A stretch of 64,000 bases of DNA from Owenia fusiformis (lineage: Eukaryota): positions 48,298,001-48,362,000 of the forward strand of contig CAIIXF020000001.1 of NCBI GenBank assembly GCA_903813345.2, read 5' to 3'. A model generated the notes under the pieces. That model was not told the origin of the DNA. It saw only the letters and a list, made by a program, of their open reading frames with translations, and ran no database searches. Shown here piece by piece: positions 14,082 through 26,536 of the stretch. Numbering within the stretch: position 1 is the stretch's first letter; each line of letters begins with the position of its first letter. Made by a program: the position numbers and the translations under genes.

Positions 14082-15166
14082 AAACAAGGCACAGACTTGA
14101 ACAATATCGTACCTAAAACACAGCAGTGTGACAGTGAAGAATTTAGGACGGAAAATCCAAAATGGCCACCTTAAACTTTACCCAGAATGCCCAAAAACTA
14201 ATCAGTTCTTAACTTTAATACGTAGAAACATCCCTGAAAATTTCAGATGAATCCATTAAATCGTTTGGCTGGAATCCTGTAGACAGGTCTTGAAAGTGAA
14301 GATTTTAGGACGGAAAATCAAAAATGGCCACCTTAAAATTAACCCAGAATGCCCAAAAACTAATCAGTTGTTAACTTTGATATGTAGAAACATCCCTGTA
14401 AATTTCAAACGAATCGGTCAAATGGTTTGACTGGAAACCTGTAGACAAGTCTTGAAAGTGAAGATTTAGGACGGAAAATCCAAAATGGCCACCTTAAATT
14501 TTACCCAGGATGCCAAAAACTAATCAATTCTTAACTTTGATATGTAGAAACATCCCTGAAAATTTCAGATGAATCCGTCAAATGGTTTGGCTGGAAACCT
14601 GTAGACAAGTCTTGAAAGTGAAGATTTTAGGACGGAAAATCCAAAATGGCCACCTTAAAATTAACCCAGAATGCCCAAAAACAAATCAGTTGTTAACTTT
14701 GATATGTAGAAACATCCCTGTAAATTTCAAATGAATCCGTCAATGGTTTGGCTGGAAACCTGTAGACAAGTCTTGAAAGTGAAGATTTTAGGACGGAAAA
14801 TCCAAAAAATAGCCACCTTTAATTTTACCCAGAATGCCAAAAAACTAATCAGTTCTTAACTTTGATACGTAGAAACATCCCTGAAAATTTCAGATGAATC
14901 CGTCAAATGGTTTGGCTGGAAACCTGTAGACAAGTCTTGAAAGTGAAGATTTTAGGATGGAAAATCCAAAATGGCCACCTTAAAATTTACCCAGAATGCC
15001 CAAAAACTAATCAGTTCTTAACTTTGATACGTAGAAACATTCCTGAAAATTTCAGATGAATCTGTCAAATGGTTTGGCTGGAAACCTGTAGACAAGCTGA
15101 AAAGTGAGACGCCGCCCGCCCGTCAAGCTGACTACAATATCGTACCTTTATTAGGTACGATAAAAA
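14082..15166 (+). mobile_element. DINE-1/HINE-like element carrying six ~160-bp tandem repeats
   Basis: CAATATCGTACCT near both ends, 3' hairpin ATCGTACCT-TTATT-AGGTACGAT, (CCGC)n microsatellite; repeat units start at about 14130, 14292, 14454, 14614, 14774 and 14939. Confidence 0.8.
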
Positions 15167-15258
15167 TCTCGTCCTTATATCATGACACTGATGGAAATTT
15201 TGCCAAGATTTAAATTAAAACTTGATATTGTATGTTGTCATGTATTTTAGATGGAATA

Positions 15259-15375
15259 ATGGGGTGTGATTGTAAATCAAAGTGTAAGACCATCAAATGC
15301 CCCTGCAGAGACAGGTTAAAACCATGTGACCCTACAGAATGTAAAACATGCAAGAAAACATGTGAAAATAAATCT
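15259..15375 (+). CDS. Coding exon 1: CXC/tesmin (CRC)-type 9-cysteine domain, MGCDCKSKCKTIKCPCRDRLKPCDPTECKTCKKTCENKS
   Basis: Acceptor TTTTAG at 15250, ATG at 15259, donor GTAAGT at 15376 (phase 0); spacing C-x-C-x3-C-x4-C-x-C-x6-C-x4-C-x2-C-x3-C-x-N. Not present in the ORF track. Confidence 0.75.
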
Positions 15376-15509
15376 GTAAGTAGTCTTTGAACATAAATAA
15401 CATAACAAATAGAGTAAAATACAAATTCATATGTGAATGGCTATGTGAGATCACAGAAATGTTTGGTTTAATTCATCTGACCCTGCAATTGTAATAAGAC
15501 ATGGGTCAA

Positions 15510-15980
15510 TACTGTAGATTGGGTTAATTTGGCGCTACTTAATTTGGCTATTTTGCCATTTTTGGCATATTGGCGGCTATTTAATTTGGCGGATATGCAA
15601 AAAATTTGGCATGTTTGACTATGTTCATTTTTTTCTATAGTGAGCACCACTGGCGATATTCACCATGTTTGTACATTTTTGTGAGATCATCCTTTAAATT
15701 TTGCATCTCGATCGATGCTGCTACTATACCGCGCTTTTCCTTCCTAGTTTTTCCTGAGTAATAATGAGTGACTGACCAGTTCTGAGCCAATTTATGAGAC
15801 GTTTTTTCATATTTTTGGAAAAAACTAAACCGGAAGTGACCTAAATACACTGAACGAAATACCCTAGATAATTCCCGGGGATTCATTCTAAATTTTGGCG
15901 AAGATTTATATTGGCGAATTTTTCAATTTCGCCAAATTCGCCAAATTAAAGCCGGCGCCAAATTAACCCTATCTACAGTA
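15510..15980. mobile_element. TA-flanked MITE (Tc1/mariner superfamily-like)
   Basis: TACTGTAGATTGGGTTAATTTGGCG / CGCCAAATTAACCCTATCTACAGTA with subterminal TTGGCG repeats. Confidence 0.85.
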
Positions 15981-16985
15981 CATGAATTTTCTATGTATTC
16001 AGTAGATGTAAACATTTTTTAGATTGCTTAAATTATAGGTATATGGAGGCTCACTGATCTTGTGAATACACTATTTCAAAGGATTCCTTTAACCAAATTT
16101 TGCATAGGTCTACCTACAAGCATATTACTTAATCTTATGACATTTGAAAAATAGTGGCAGTTTTTGCTGGTGTTTTTATTTTTACGCTATAACTGGAAAA
16201 GTTTTTTGTTGGCCTAGGCTTGCATTCACCTGAAACTCTTTTTTAGTGTTTGAAAAGTTGAAAAATTATAAAAAATATTTGCAGCATGGGCATAGGCATC
16301 AGACTTAAGTAATAAGGTGATTTTGTTGAAATTGTTTGGGCTAATAGGCGGCTGTTTTGAAAAATGGTGTCGCTCTGTTTAATGTCCTTTAATGGAAAAG
16401 TAGAATAGTAATTTTCCTGAAGTTTAACTAGACAACAATAACGCCAAAGCATAGTAAATCCCATCGAACAGCCATAGCTGGCATTTTTACAAACAAAGTA
16501 TAATTAGCAAAAATCATAAAACAACACATAAAAAATGACCACATTTTCAAAATGGTTGCTAACTATAGCCAAATTGTCATCTGAAAGTATAATATGCTTC
16601 TATAGTAGGCACATATAAAATTTCAACAAAATCGCACACACATACACGACAATGTCAAAAATGGCTGCCTACTTGCCAAAATGTCATAAGACAGTGTGCC
16701 ATGCTTATGAGTATTCACATATCAAAAATGAACAAAATCGCTCTAGTAGTTATTGAGTTATAGTAAAAAACGTAAAATAGCACATGTAAAAATGGTGAGC
16801 ATTTTTCAAAAGGGCCCCCTACTTGCCAAAATGTAATTAGACAGCGTGTCTTATAGTAATCACACACCAAATATGAACAAAATCGCTCCGCCACTTTTTG
16901 AGTTATAGTAAAAAACGTAAAAATGGTGGCCATTTTTCAAAATGGTTGCCTTCTACCAAAAGTGTTATTAGAGAGATTTCGCACA

Positions 16986-17789
16986 TACCGTATTATCTCT
17001 AATAAAGGCACACACTCCAATTAACGCACACCCGACTTTTCCAAGAAAGACTGGCAACTTGAAAAACAAAAATCAAGAAAAAATAGATCAAGATCTATAA
17101 TTTATTCGAGCGGGCGATAATAGGGTAATATTGAATTATTCACTTACCGCTATCGATAGAGCCGTTTGTGAGTATAATGCTGTTACAGACGTGTCTAAGG
17201 AACCTTATGAGCTATAACTACGTTCATGATAACCTTATAGTGATGAGTTAAAAGCTACTATGAACGTTAATTCGGGCCCGTCGCCATTACTCAAACTCGC
17301 AGTGCATCATGGGAGTTCCGATCTATAAATATTCTTCTGCCCTTTCCCACAAACAAATATTCAATCCTTTATAAATGTTAAGTAGCATTTTATGGATATA
17401 AAACATATTTTCACCAACTATGAGGACCATTCAGATACAAGAAGCCTTTAGATTTTGACTCAGGTATCGGTGTCAATTTCCAAAATGGCGCCTGCTCGGA
17501 GCAATTGCAGTGGATGTTTATCATCAATATTGATGCGTATTCAGGTATTATAATGCCAATTAACCCACGGAAACACATTCAGCAGATTGATAAATGCATG
17601 AGGAAATCATTGAGGTATGATAATATGTTATCTAGTTGGAGTGAGTCTAGTTTTAAAGAGGAAAATCATGAAACACCCTATTATCGCCCAAATTTTTTTT
17701 CACAAATCCCCGGGGATTTTGTCATTTGAGACATCTCCTCCAGGAGAATTTGGTAGACGCACTGTGCGTTTATTGGAGAGAATACGGTA
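16986..17789. mobile_element. TA-flanked MITE
   Basis: TACCGTATTATCTCTAATAAAGGCAC / GTGCGTTTATTGGAGAGAATACGGTA. Confidence 0.8.
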
Positions 17790-18615
17790 AGTGAAAGTAC
17801 AACTTATACATAAACGTATAGTTTAAAGGGTCATGTCGAACTATTATATTTACTAAAATCAATTTTAAATTGTGCTTAATGGAACATAACTATTCCCGTT
17901 ATAGAAAAGCTCCATCAACTAGGGACTATGAATGCACTGTCATCTGCATGTGTAGATTATGCACATTATAATTAAATGCTTGCTTCCGTGTCATTGTAGT
18001 TGTAGTGTATTATAAACACGATCCTTTAAAGGGAGTCATGATTCTTTAAAGTGAGTCATTACATAAACAAGTTGATTATTTCAATGTTTTCATGATCAGT
18101 ATAAGTTCAATGAACTTACAAAACGGTATATTTACGTAGGTGATAACGTATACAGTTGGATCTCCGTATAAAGATTTGCCTACATGTGTGTGGAACAATT
18201 GACCGCAAGCATTTTTTAAAATTAATTGGCTGAGTGGGAACAGTATCCAATCAAATACTTTAACCATCAATTTGAAACACCAATCAAACCAGTAGGTTCT
18301 AGCAATTCCTGGAAACGACCCATTCAGTAGCTCAACATATGACATACAGGGTGTTTCATAACGAGCATCTCCAAAAAGTCAATTTGAGAAGAGATGGGTC
18401 TATACCATATGTACTATATATGAGCCTATTTTATTCTAGACAAACACATTTGGATCAACTAAACATGCTACAATTCAAGAAAGTACAAATGGCATCCCTT
18501 TGACCTGTATTTATTACAGTCCGAGAAGATCTTTCCTGAGGAAAAGCTCACATTATGAAACACCTTGTACGTTTACCTATAAGTATAAGTATACGTTATA
18601 AGTTGTACTTTCACT
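17790..18615. mobile_element. MITE with AGTGAAAGTACAACTTATA TIRs, containing a nested Tc1-like MITE at 18345-18569
   Basis: Inverted ends AGTGAAAGTACAACTTATA / TATAAGTTGTACTTTCACT; inner TACAGGGTGTTTCATAA / TTATGAAACACCTTGTA. Confidence 0.75.
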
Positions 18616-18700
18616 AGGTGCGAAATCTCTCTATTAGACAGTGTGACATGCTTATAGTATTCACATACCAAATATGAACAAAATTGCTCCACCACTTTTC

Positions 18701-19448
18701 AAACTAGATAACGGCAACTCTGCGGAGTAGCAAATCCCAACGAACAATATATCAATTACCGTATTCCAATCAATTATACTCATTACAGTGGTTAAAATTG
18801 AAAAAATTAGATTTTAGAATTGCGAATTCCTGCAAAGCAGCCATTCTGAATTTTCTGAGATACAAATCTGAAAAATAATACCATAATTGTGATCTACTCC
18901 AAAATTCCTTCAATTTGAGTATAATATAGCCATACTTTGAAGGAATCGAAAAATTATTGCGAAATCATACATTAGACGGCCATTTTGAATTTTACGAGGC
19001 TCAAATCAGAAAAAAGATACAATATTTGCAATCTACTCTTAATTGCCTTTTATTTGAGTATAATAAAGCTATACTTCAGAAAGATCTCAAAATTAGCGAA
19101 AATTTCTGTTTTCCCCCCATACACAGCCCCTGGTGGTCAGGATGAAAAACACGGAATAAATGTGAAATAGATAAATGTTGTGAATATACTACCAAAATTT
19201 CAAACAATAGAATTAATTACTTTGGTTTAGAATGAAAAATTTATGATTTTTGCGAAAAAGTCCCGTCATTTTTTTTTTGCGTAAAACTATTCACCAATAT
19301 ACATCTTTCCACTAAATATGAAGAAAATCCGTCTACTAGTATTTGAGTTATCTTCCGGACAGACGGACGGACTGACTGACTGACGGACAGATGGACGGAC
19401 GGAGGGCTTCACTATATCCCTATCGAACTTCGTTCGTTGGGATAATAA
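18701..19448 (+). mobile_element. DINE-1/HINE-like element
   Basis: 5' AAACTAGA...ATCCCAACGAAC matches the 3' GTTCGTTGGGAT in inverted orientation; (GACG/GACT)n microsatellite before the 3' hairpin. Confidence 0.75.
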
Positions 19449-19630
19449 TAGCAAAAATCTTAAAATAGCATGCAAAGGCCGCCATTTTTCAAGATGCCAT
19501 ATGCTTCTTCGATATCTACATTTCTAGTTTTATTAATGTCCTATTTAATTTTTTTACATATAAAACATATTGCTATTACAGTTTTACATATTGTACCTAA
19601 ATTACTGTAAAATTGGCACTCAAATGGCCA

Positions 19631-20326
19631 CCTTTAGCATGCTGCCGGCGAGTGGAGTCGCCCGTGCTTTACTATCCCGTGTGACTGCCGGCGAATCCGG
19701 TCGACACAGTTTAAACTTTTAAAAACTTCACTTTTTCGCGCCATTCTTATTATCCAATAAGATTACATGTCTGATTCAGTGCCATACGTGACTTCCGGGT
19801 AACCTAGAAATGCGATGTTTTGAAGAAAAATTGTCAATTCAACAATTTAAAGGGTGTTTTAGCCGAGAAATGTGGAGGAATCAAACAAAATGGCGGCTAA
19901 ATACGATCATAATGAAATTGTGGAGGATATGGACTGTGATTTTGAGCTCTTTAAGCTTTTGGAAACTGATAATAGACATCTAAAATAGAAACTAGAATAT
20001 TTTCTGAACTGAAAAGTTGAATATTAGATCGCTGCAAATTCAGACTTGGATTCTGATCTGACACTGAGTCTTCCAAGGGGCGTAGCGGTGGTATCTGGAG
20101 GAGTATTCATAGTTTAGTATGCACAGTTGTGTTTATTTATTAAAAAAAAAAAAATGAGACATATATAATCACGGTAACAGACATTGTATCTTCCTTTTGT
20201 AAAAATTTTATCCAGATTCATTCAGTAGTAATTGAGATATTTATCATAAGTCCAGTATATCATTTCCTTGCAAAATAAGTCAGTCACACACGATGAAATG
20301 GCCAAATTAAGTCAGCATGCTAAAGG
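19631..20326. mobile_element. Non-autonomous piggyBac-like element
   Basis: CCTTTAGCATGCTG / CAGCATGCTAAAGG ends; TTAA on the right flank only; internal remnant of an acidic transposase-like N-terminus (MAAKYDHNEIVEDMD). Confidence 0.6.
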
Positions 20327-20679
20327 TTAAGTGAGTGGCCATTTTGAAAATCGGCTTTCGAGCAGAACTTCTAGGGTATGTGTGTACAAAATATGAACAA
20401 AATCAGGCAAACGGTATTTGAGTTATTGCCCAGACAGACGGATGGACAGACATACGTACAGACATATATATGGACGGATATATGGGCGGACGGACGGAGG
20501 TGTTCCCTATATCCCTCCGAACTTCGTTTGTACATGCATCTTTTGGCAATACAATCTATGGTGGCCATATGATTTCTCGCAGTGTCGTCCGACACTCATT
20601 TGAAGTTCAATGGGATTTGCTACACCTTGGCGTTGCTATTATCTAGTTTTAATATTGAATCTCTTGACTTACTTTCAAG

Positions 20680-20892
20680 GGTCAGAGTACAACAAAAATT
20701 CAACAACCTGCTACGACTCAAGCTGCTTCAGCAAAGTCTACAAATGTTGTACCATCTTTGGAAGCACTTAATAACCAACCTATTGCATCAAATTCTATTG
20801 GACAGACTTCTAACACTTTAATGCATGGTGGAACCAAGAGATCCCACGACAGCTCGGAGAACAGCATACATTCAGCTAAACAAGCAAAACAG
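20680..20892 (+). CDS. Coding exon 2 (71 aa, S/T/Q/A-rich linker) of the CXC-helicase-glycosyltransferase gene
   Basis: TTTCAAG|GGT...CAG|GTAAAA; 213 nt, open, phase 0/0, compatible with exon 1. Confidence 0.7.
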
Positions 20893-21206
20893 GTAAAAAT
20901 CATTAGTAAATTGAGAAACTTATCAATCCAGATAAAAAAGTACAAGTAGGTTCAGCACAGATATGTAAGCACAATGACCGAAGGATTAAACATAAATTCT
21001 TGAGAAATACAGCACAAGGAACTACTTCAAGATCTTTCATCAATGATTAAGACATTTGTCCAATGTAAAAGAGATTTTCTCCCAAGATCTGAGTGTCTCA
21101 ACGTAAATCTGCTGTCATGAAAACAAAATAAGTTTGATGGGATTTGCTACGCCTTGACATTCCTATTATCTAGTTTTAATATTAATTTTCTTGATTTACT
21201 TTCAAG

Positions 21207-21341
21207 GGTCAGAGTACAACAAAGAAGCCTACAAAAATTCAACAAGCTGCAACGAAAGCAAAGTCTACAAATGTTGTACCATCTTTGGAAGCACATAACC
21301 ACTTTACACAGAAGCTTCATGCAGCTAAACAAACAAAACAG
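21207..21341 (+). CDS. Coding exon 3 (45 aa), diverged tandem duplicate of exon 2
   Basis: Same acceptor and donor context as exon 2; 135 nt, open, phase 0/0; shares GQSTTK...AKSTNVVPSLEA...AKQ.KQ. Confidence 0.6.
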
Positions 21342-22082
21342 GTAAAAATCATTTGTCAATTGAGAAGCTTATCAATCCACAGAAAACAAGACACAGAGTG
21401 AACAGAATCGCACCCTTGAATATAATACAGTTTTCATGACAAACAAGATTTTCAGAATGAAAATCTAAAATGACAGCCTAAGATCTAAACTTTTAAACTT
21501 AGAAACATCCCTGAAAATTTTTGATGAATCCATGAAACGGTTTGCCTGGAAACCTGTAGACAAGCCTTGACAGACAAGATTTTAGGACAGAAAATCCAAA
21601 ATGGCCAACATAACATTTATCCATTTTTACAATGCAAATAGTACATACATGTATGTCTTACAAGATTCAGCACATCTAGAAAAGAAATGTTCTACAAAAT
21701 CTGAGATTCTCATAGAGAATCTGCTTTCATAAAGGTGTCAATACGGTACATCATCGAAAAAAATTGAATATCACAAAATTCAAGTTCAGGGGTATATATA
21801 TATATATAATAGCCATTTTCAAGCGAAGAGCCCATATAATGACTATATTTCCACGTTCCCCTTCATTCCTAACACTATATGTAACACATGTTTTGCGTGT
21901 TGATCTTTAAATATCACTACGCCAAGATAGGGACTCTTTTTTAGGTGAAATTCCTGCTTCATCGATAAAAAATTAATGAATAAAGTAGTTCAAGTTTAAG
22001 AGACTATACACTTCAAACTTTTTTCTAAGAATGGTACATTTAAAAAGTAGTTGCCCTAAACTTTACATCAAAGTAATAGGTG

Positions 22083-22600
22083 AGCTTTTGAACCAGGAGT
22101 CATAGGGGAGTTTTCTGTATTGATGTTGAACAAAAATAACTTAAAACGTGAATCTTATCTACAGAGGTTTTAAGCCAAATGGTCCAAAAGTGGATTTCAC
22201 GAGACAGATGGACAAATCAATGTTAACTAAAATGGCCGAAAATAAAAAAATGGATATAATTTTTTGCCGATGTTTTATACAACTACTCTTTACAGTGACA
22301 TGGCTTTTAACAATGCAGGACACCTGAAATTACCTGTAAAGCTAGGAAATGGGCCAAAAGTGAATTTCGCAAGACAAAAATGGCGACCATTTTGAAGATA
22401 GGCAAGCTTTTGAACCAGGAGTCATAGGGGAGTTTTCTGTATTGATGTTTAACAAAAATAACTTAAAAAGGGAATCCTATCCACAGAGGTTTTAAAGCAA
22501 ATAGTCCAAAAGTGGATTTTGCGAGACAGATGGAGAAATCAATGTTAACTAAAATGGCTGAAAATAAAAAACGAATATAATTTTTTGCTGATTTTTTAAC
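22083..22600. repeat. Tandem duplication (~323-bp period) within an interspersed repeat
   Basis: GCTTTTGAACCAGGAGTCATAGGGGAGTTTTCTG... occurs at ~22084 and ~22406. Confidence 0.75.
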
Positions 22601-23309
22601 ATCCATGCGAAGATTGAACAAAGGACACACTATTTCAATAATAAAATGACATATCTAATGTGCTACTTCAATGTTTTAGCATATCAAAAATATTTTGCAA
22701 CCTGAGTGATGTCATCGATGACATTTTTCTCTGAACCATTTTCATGTATTGATGAGTTCATTTCTCACTTATTTATGAACTGATTTTCTTAATTTTTTCG
22801 GCAAAAAACATGTGAGTATGAATGCTATGACTTATCGCTTATTAAAAGATACGTGTAACCTCTAAAAGTTAGTTTTAAAGAAATTCACGAATTTTCAAAC
22901 AAAAGGTCCTTCAAAAACCACTTTTTGTAATTAAAATAAAAAGTTTCACATATCAGACTTTGATAACATTTGGTAAGACTACAATATAAGCCAAAGTGGT
23001 TTAAACTTTATATGGGGACTTTAAGAGAATTTTTTATTTTGTAATAACCAGTCGGTCAATCCTCTTCCTATTGCAACTGGATAATGATAACATCATAGTG
23101 ATACAACAACATTTGTAAAAAATATGATCAAAATCTAATGTCTGGAACTTAAGCTATGCGGACACAGTACTGCATCCTTAAATGTCAATTACAGGTATCA
23201 AATCTCATAAATGTAGTTTTACTTTTCAGTGATGAAAATGTAATCAAAAATACATGTGCTGTATAATAAAAAAAGTGATCAAATAATTTAATGCCATATA
23301 TATTTACAG

Positions 23310-23406
23310 CACAGCGATACAGTGACACAACCAAACAGTGAAGCAAGAGAGGCAAATACTAATGATTCAGCAAAAGAAAACAAGAGAGAAACTCAATTAT
23401 CAAATG
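23310..23406 (+). CDS. Coding exon 4 (HSDTVTQPNSEAREANTNDSAKENKRETQLSN)
   Basis: TTTACAG|CAC...AATG|GTAAGA; 97 nt, phase 0 in and phase 1 out, matching the phase-1 acceptor at 26536. Confidence 0.7.
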
Positions 23407-23811
23407 GTAAGAGTTATATCATTAAATTTGGATGTTCGATTTATGTTTGCTAAGCGACCAATTCAAAAATTCAATGTTGTAGAGCTAACTATATTTTAAA
23501 AGGTACTCTTCCTGTTACCTATATATAACAAATGTTGAACATTGTGGCATTTTATGAGTTATCCAAACACAACAATAAGCCAATGGTATTTCTCATTTTC
23601 TTTTGGACTATCATATTTTCCTTCATAAGGGGTTTATTAAAGTGAACGACTTTTGTGCTAGGTGTGGATCAGATACAATAATAACATTACAAATGGGTTG
23701 GCATAAAAACCCTTGTTATCAGTACCATACTACCTAATGATGCATTTATAGTTTTGACAAAAAATTCATTCAGTTATGTAAGGTCTGTTGGAATGGGTTT
23801 CGAGATCTCAG

Positions 23812-24217
23812 CCCGGGGGGTTCACTCCAATATACCTCTTAATACCTATGTGCCGCGCCAAAGACCCCCCTTTTGAGTATTTTTCCATGTCAATTTCCTC
23901 TCAAGATTGAAAGTTTCCATGTATACTTCCTCTCACACTTATAGAAAGGAGTAAATTTCCTGAAATATTGGTACATTAACTACAAAATCCACGTTTTTGA
24001 TGATTTGTCCCTGACTTCCCCAACTGATTTCACCAATTTATTAAATTTTTTTGTAGGAAAAGTGATTATTGACTTATATTAAAAAAGGCTCTCTCTTCGA
24101 CAAATTTTCCATGTTTTTTTTCCTCTGAGATTGGCCAGGTTCCATGGTTTATGCCCTAAGCCAAAATTGTCTGGGCTGCACATACCTACCCAAATTATTA
24201 AGAGTAAACCCCCCGGG
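23812..24217. mobile_element. MITE with CCCGGGGGG ends and 8-bp TSD
   Basis: CCCGGGGGGTTCACTC / GAGTAAACCCCCCGGG; TSD GATCTCAG at 23804-23811 and 24218-24225. Confidence 0.85.
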
Positions 24218-26536
24218 GATCTCAGTCACTTTCAGTTTTATTTCCTGGGATTTCACAGTGATTAGCGATGATTGACTGACTGATTTTATAGTATTAATGA
24301 AGATTAATGCCTGATGATATTTTACTTCAATAATTTCGATCCATTTGTCATCAAAAATTGTATAAAACTTAAGAACTCTTATCCCGGATTACATACTGAG
24401 TTACTGGGCATTTTATAACACCAAGAAATAAAGTGAAGGGGGTGCCCATTGTGGTTGGGCAGTTTTTAGGGAGAATACGGTAGTTTCATCTATAGCAAAA
24501 ATCAACTTTACATTCAGGAGATATATCAAACAACATTTTAGTCGTCCATCAATTATCATTTATACCCACCTTTTCCACTTTCATCATATATGGCATAATT
24601 GATCAGATGGTGATAATATTTGAGACTGAATCATAGTACTGTTCATAATTTTATCACAGAACTTTTTAGAAAAAATTGTCAGGGTGGTGAACAATAAAAT
24701 ACAGCTCCCATCATTAGCGCCTGGGCATTTAACAAATCCAAAATACATCCTTCAGACCATTGTAATTTTAGCGCCAATATATGAAAGACGTCAAATATCC
24801 CCAGGAATTTCATGTATGGCAATTTTTCTTCCCAAGTATGGCTTATTCGCAAGATCAGAAAAAAGTATATGTAACATTATTTTTTTACAATAATGATATG
24901 GATTGTCATTGGAGAGTTTACAATACCATTGATAAAATGAAGCAAATATCTAACTAAACAATATTGAAGAAATACCCAGAGGAGCCCCTCGAATTGAAGG
25001 AAATGTTTCCCCAATTATCTTCATTATTTTCACTAGAAACTGTTGGATATTGATCTAGTTATACTTTATATTTATAATATAACAACAGATCATTATTTTT
25101 CATATAAAGGACATGAGAATATGGAGAAATGTTAAAAAGAAACAAGAAAATTAAAGACATATGCAGAAAACCTACACAGCAGCTCTCTTGGTTAAATGCT
25201 AAAACAAAATTCTTAAACCTGAACATTTCCTACAATCATTCATTATACTATTTTGAGATAATATTGGTTTAGTATAGTATGGAAATCACCCAATAAGAGA
25301 TTTATCAGGAAAAATATACTGCAGACAAGGAAACAAATGTTTGAATTATGTGAAACCTACTGTAAATTTAAAAAAAAAGTTGATTATTTGAACAGTTTAC
25401 TTTCTTGGTATATCATATTGGGTATAGACATTTTTGATATTGGCACTGATTTGAAAATCACAATAGACAAGATGCGAGTAGAAATGAGATTGATTTAAGT
25501 CATTAAATATTCAAAATTCAGTCAAAATGATGTCATATTTGAAATCTACATGTAAAAATACATCTAAAAATATGGTTTCGAAAATTGATTTTCAACTTTG
25601 AAAATTTAATATTTTTTTGAAAATGTGACTTCTAGTTCGGGTTGATTCCCCATAGACCCCATATTACAAAATCACAAAAAGTGAAATATCTTTTCTTGTA
25701 TTGGACATATAACATTTTCTTTTACTGGACATAGTTTAATTTGCATAACTATTCGATACATTAGGGCTATATGAAAATTGAACCACTAAAACAGATGTAA
25801 TTTAAGTTAAAGGGAACTTTCTACTATATACCCGCCATGCTATCTGACCCGAGCGAGCCACCTGGTGGTGAAACTGGTAACTACCTACTCACATTTGCGT
25901 TATTAGCACAGACAGCAGCACAAAAGGATAGTTTCTAAATAGCAGAAAAATCAATGAAATCTAGTGCTGCCATCTTTTATTCAGCTTTTAACTTGGGCTA
26001 GAGTTCCATTCAGTTACATGCTAAAATCTTGGAAAAGTGGCTTAATTTCATGATTCATCAAACTGTGTTAGTTGAATCTGTATAAAACTTGAATGATATA
26101 CCACATGATGACCCTGTTTATGTACATGTTGTGATTAAACATGCAAATGTTGATTAACATACAAGTAATCCATGGTTTTAAAGAATTTTAGCATTGCATC
26201 TATGGAGATTTGGCCCAAGTTTTTTAAAATTGTCATAGAAAATTATTCAAATTACATAACTTTGTAAATCAAAGCTATTAAAGGAGAAAACAATGAAATG
26301 AATTCAAAAATGCCATTTAAAAGAAGGTAATGTAAGTCATTGGAGGTCTAATATGCAAGTCTCTTAAAATCTCACGAAAAACGAGATTTAGCGAGATTTC
26401 AAAAGCTATATGGAAACTATACTATTGTTTAAATCAAATAACTACCACCAAAATTCAAGGGGAGATCACTGTATATAGTAAGCATACTAAATGTAGACCT
26501 TATCATGTTATCTTGAAATCATCTTTTATGTTTCAG

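Noticed and set aside
14130..15100. CRISPR-like regularly spaced repeats
   Set aside because: Entire ~160-bp units are repeated; there are no variable spacers and no cas genes.
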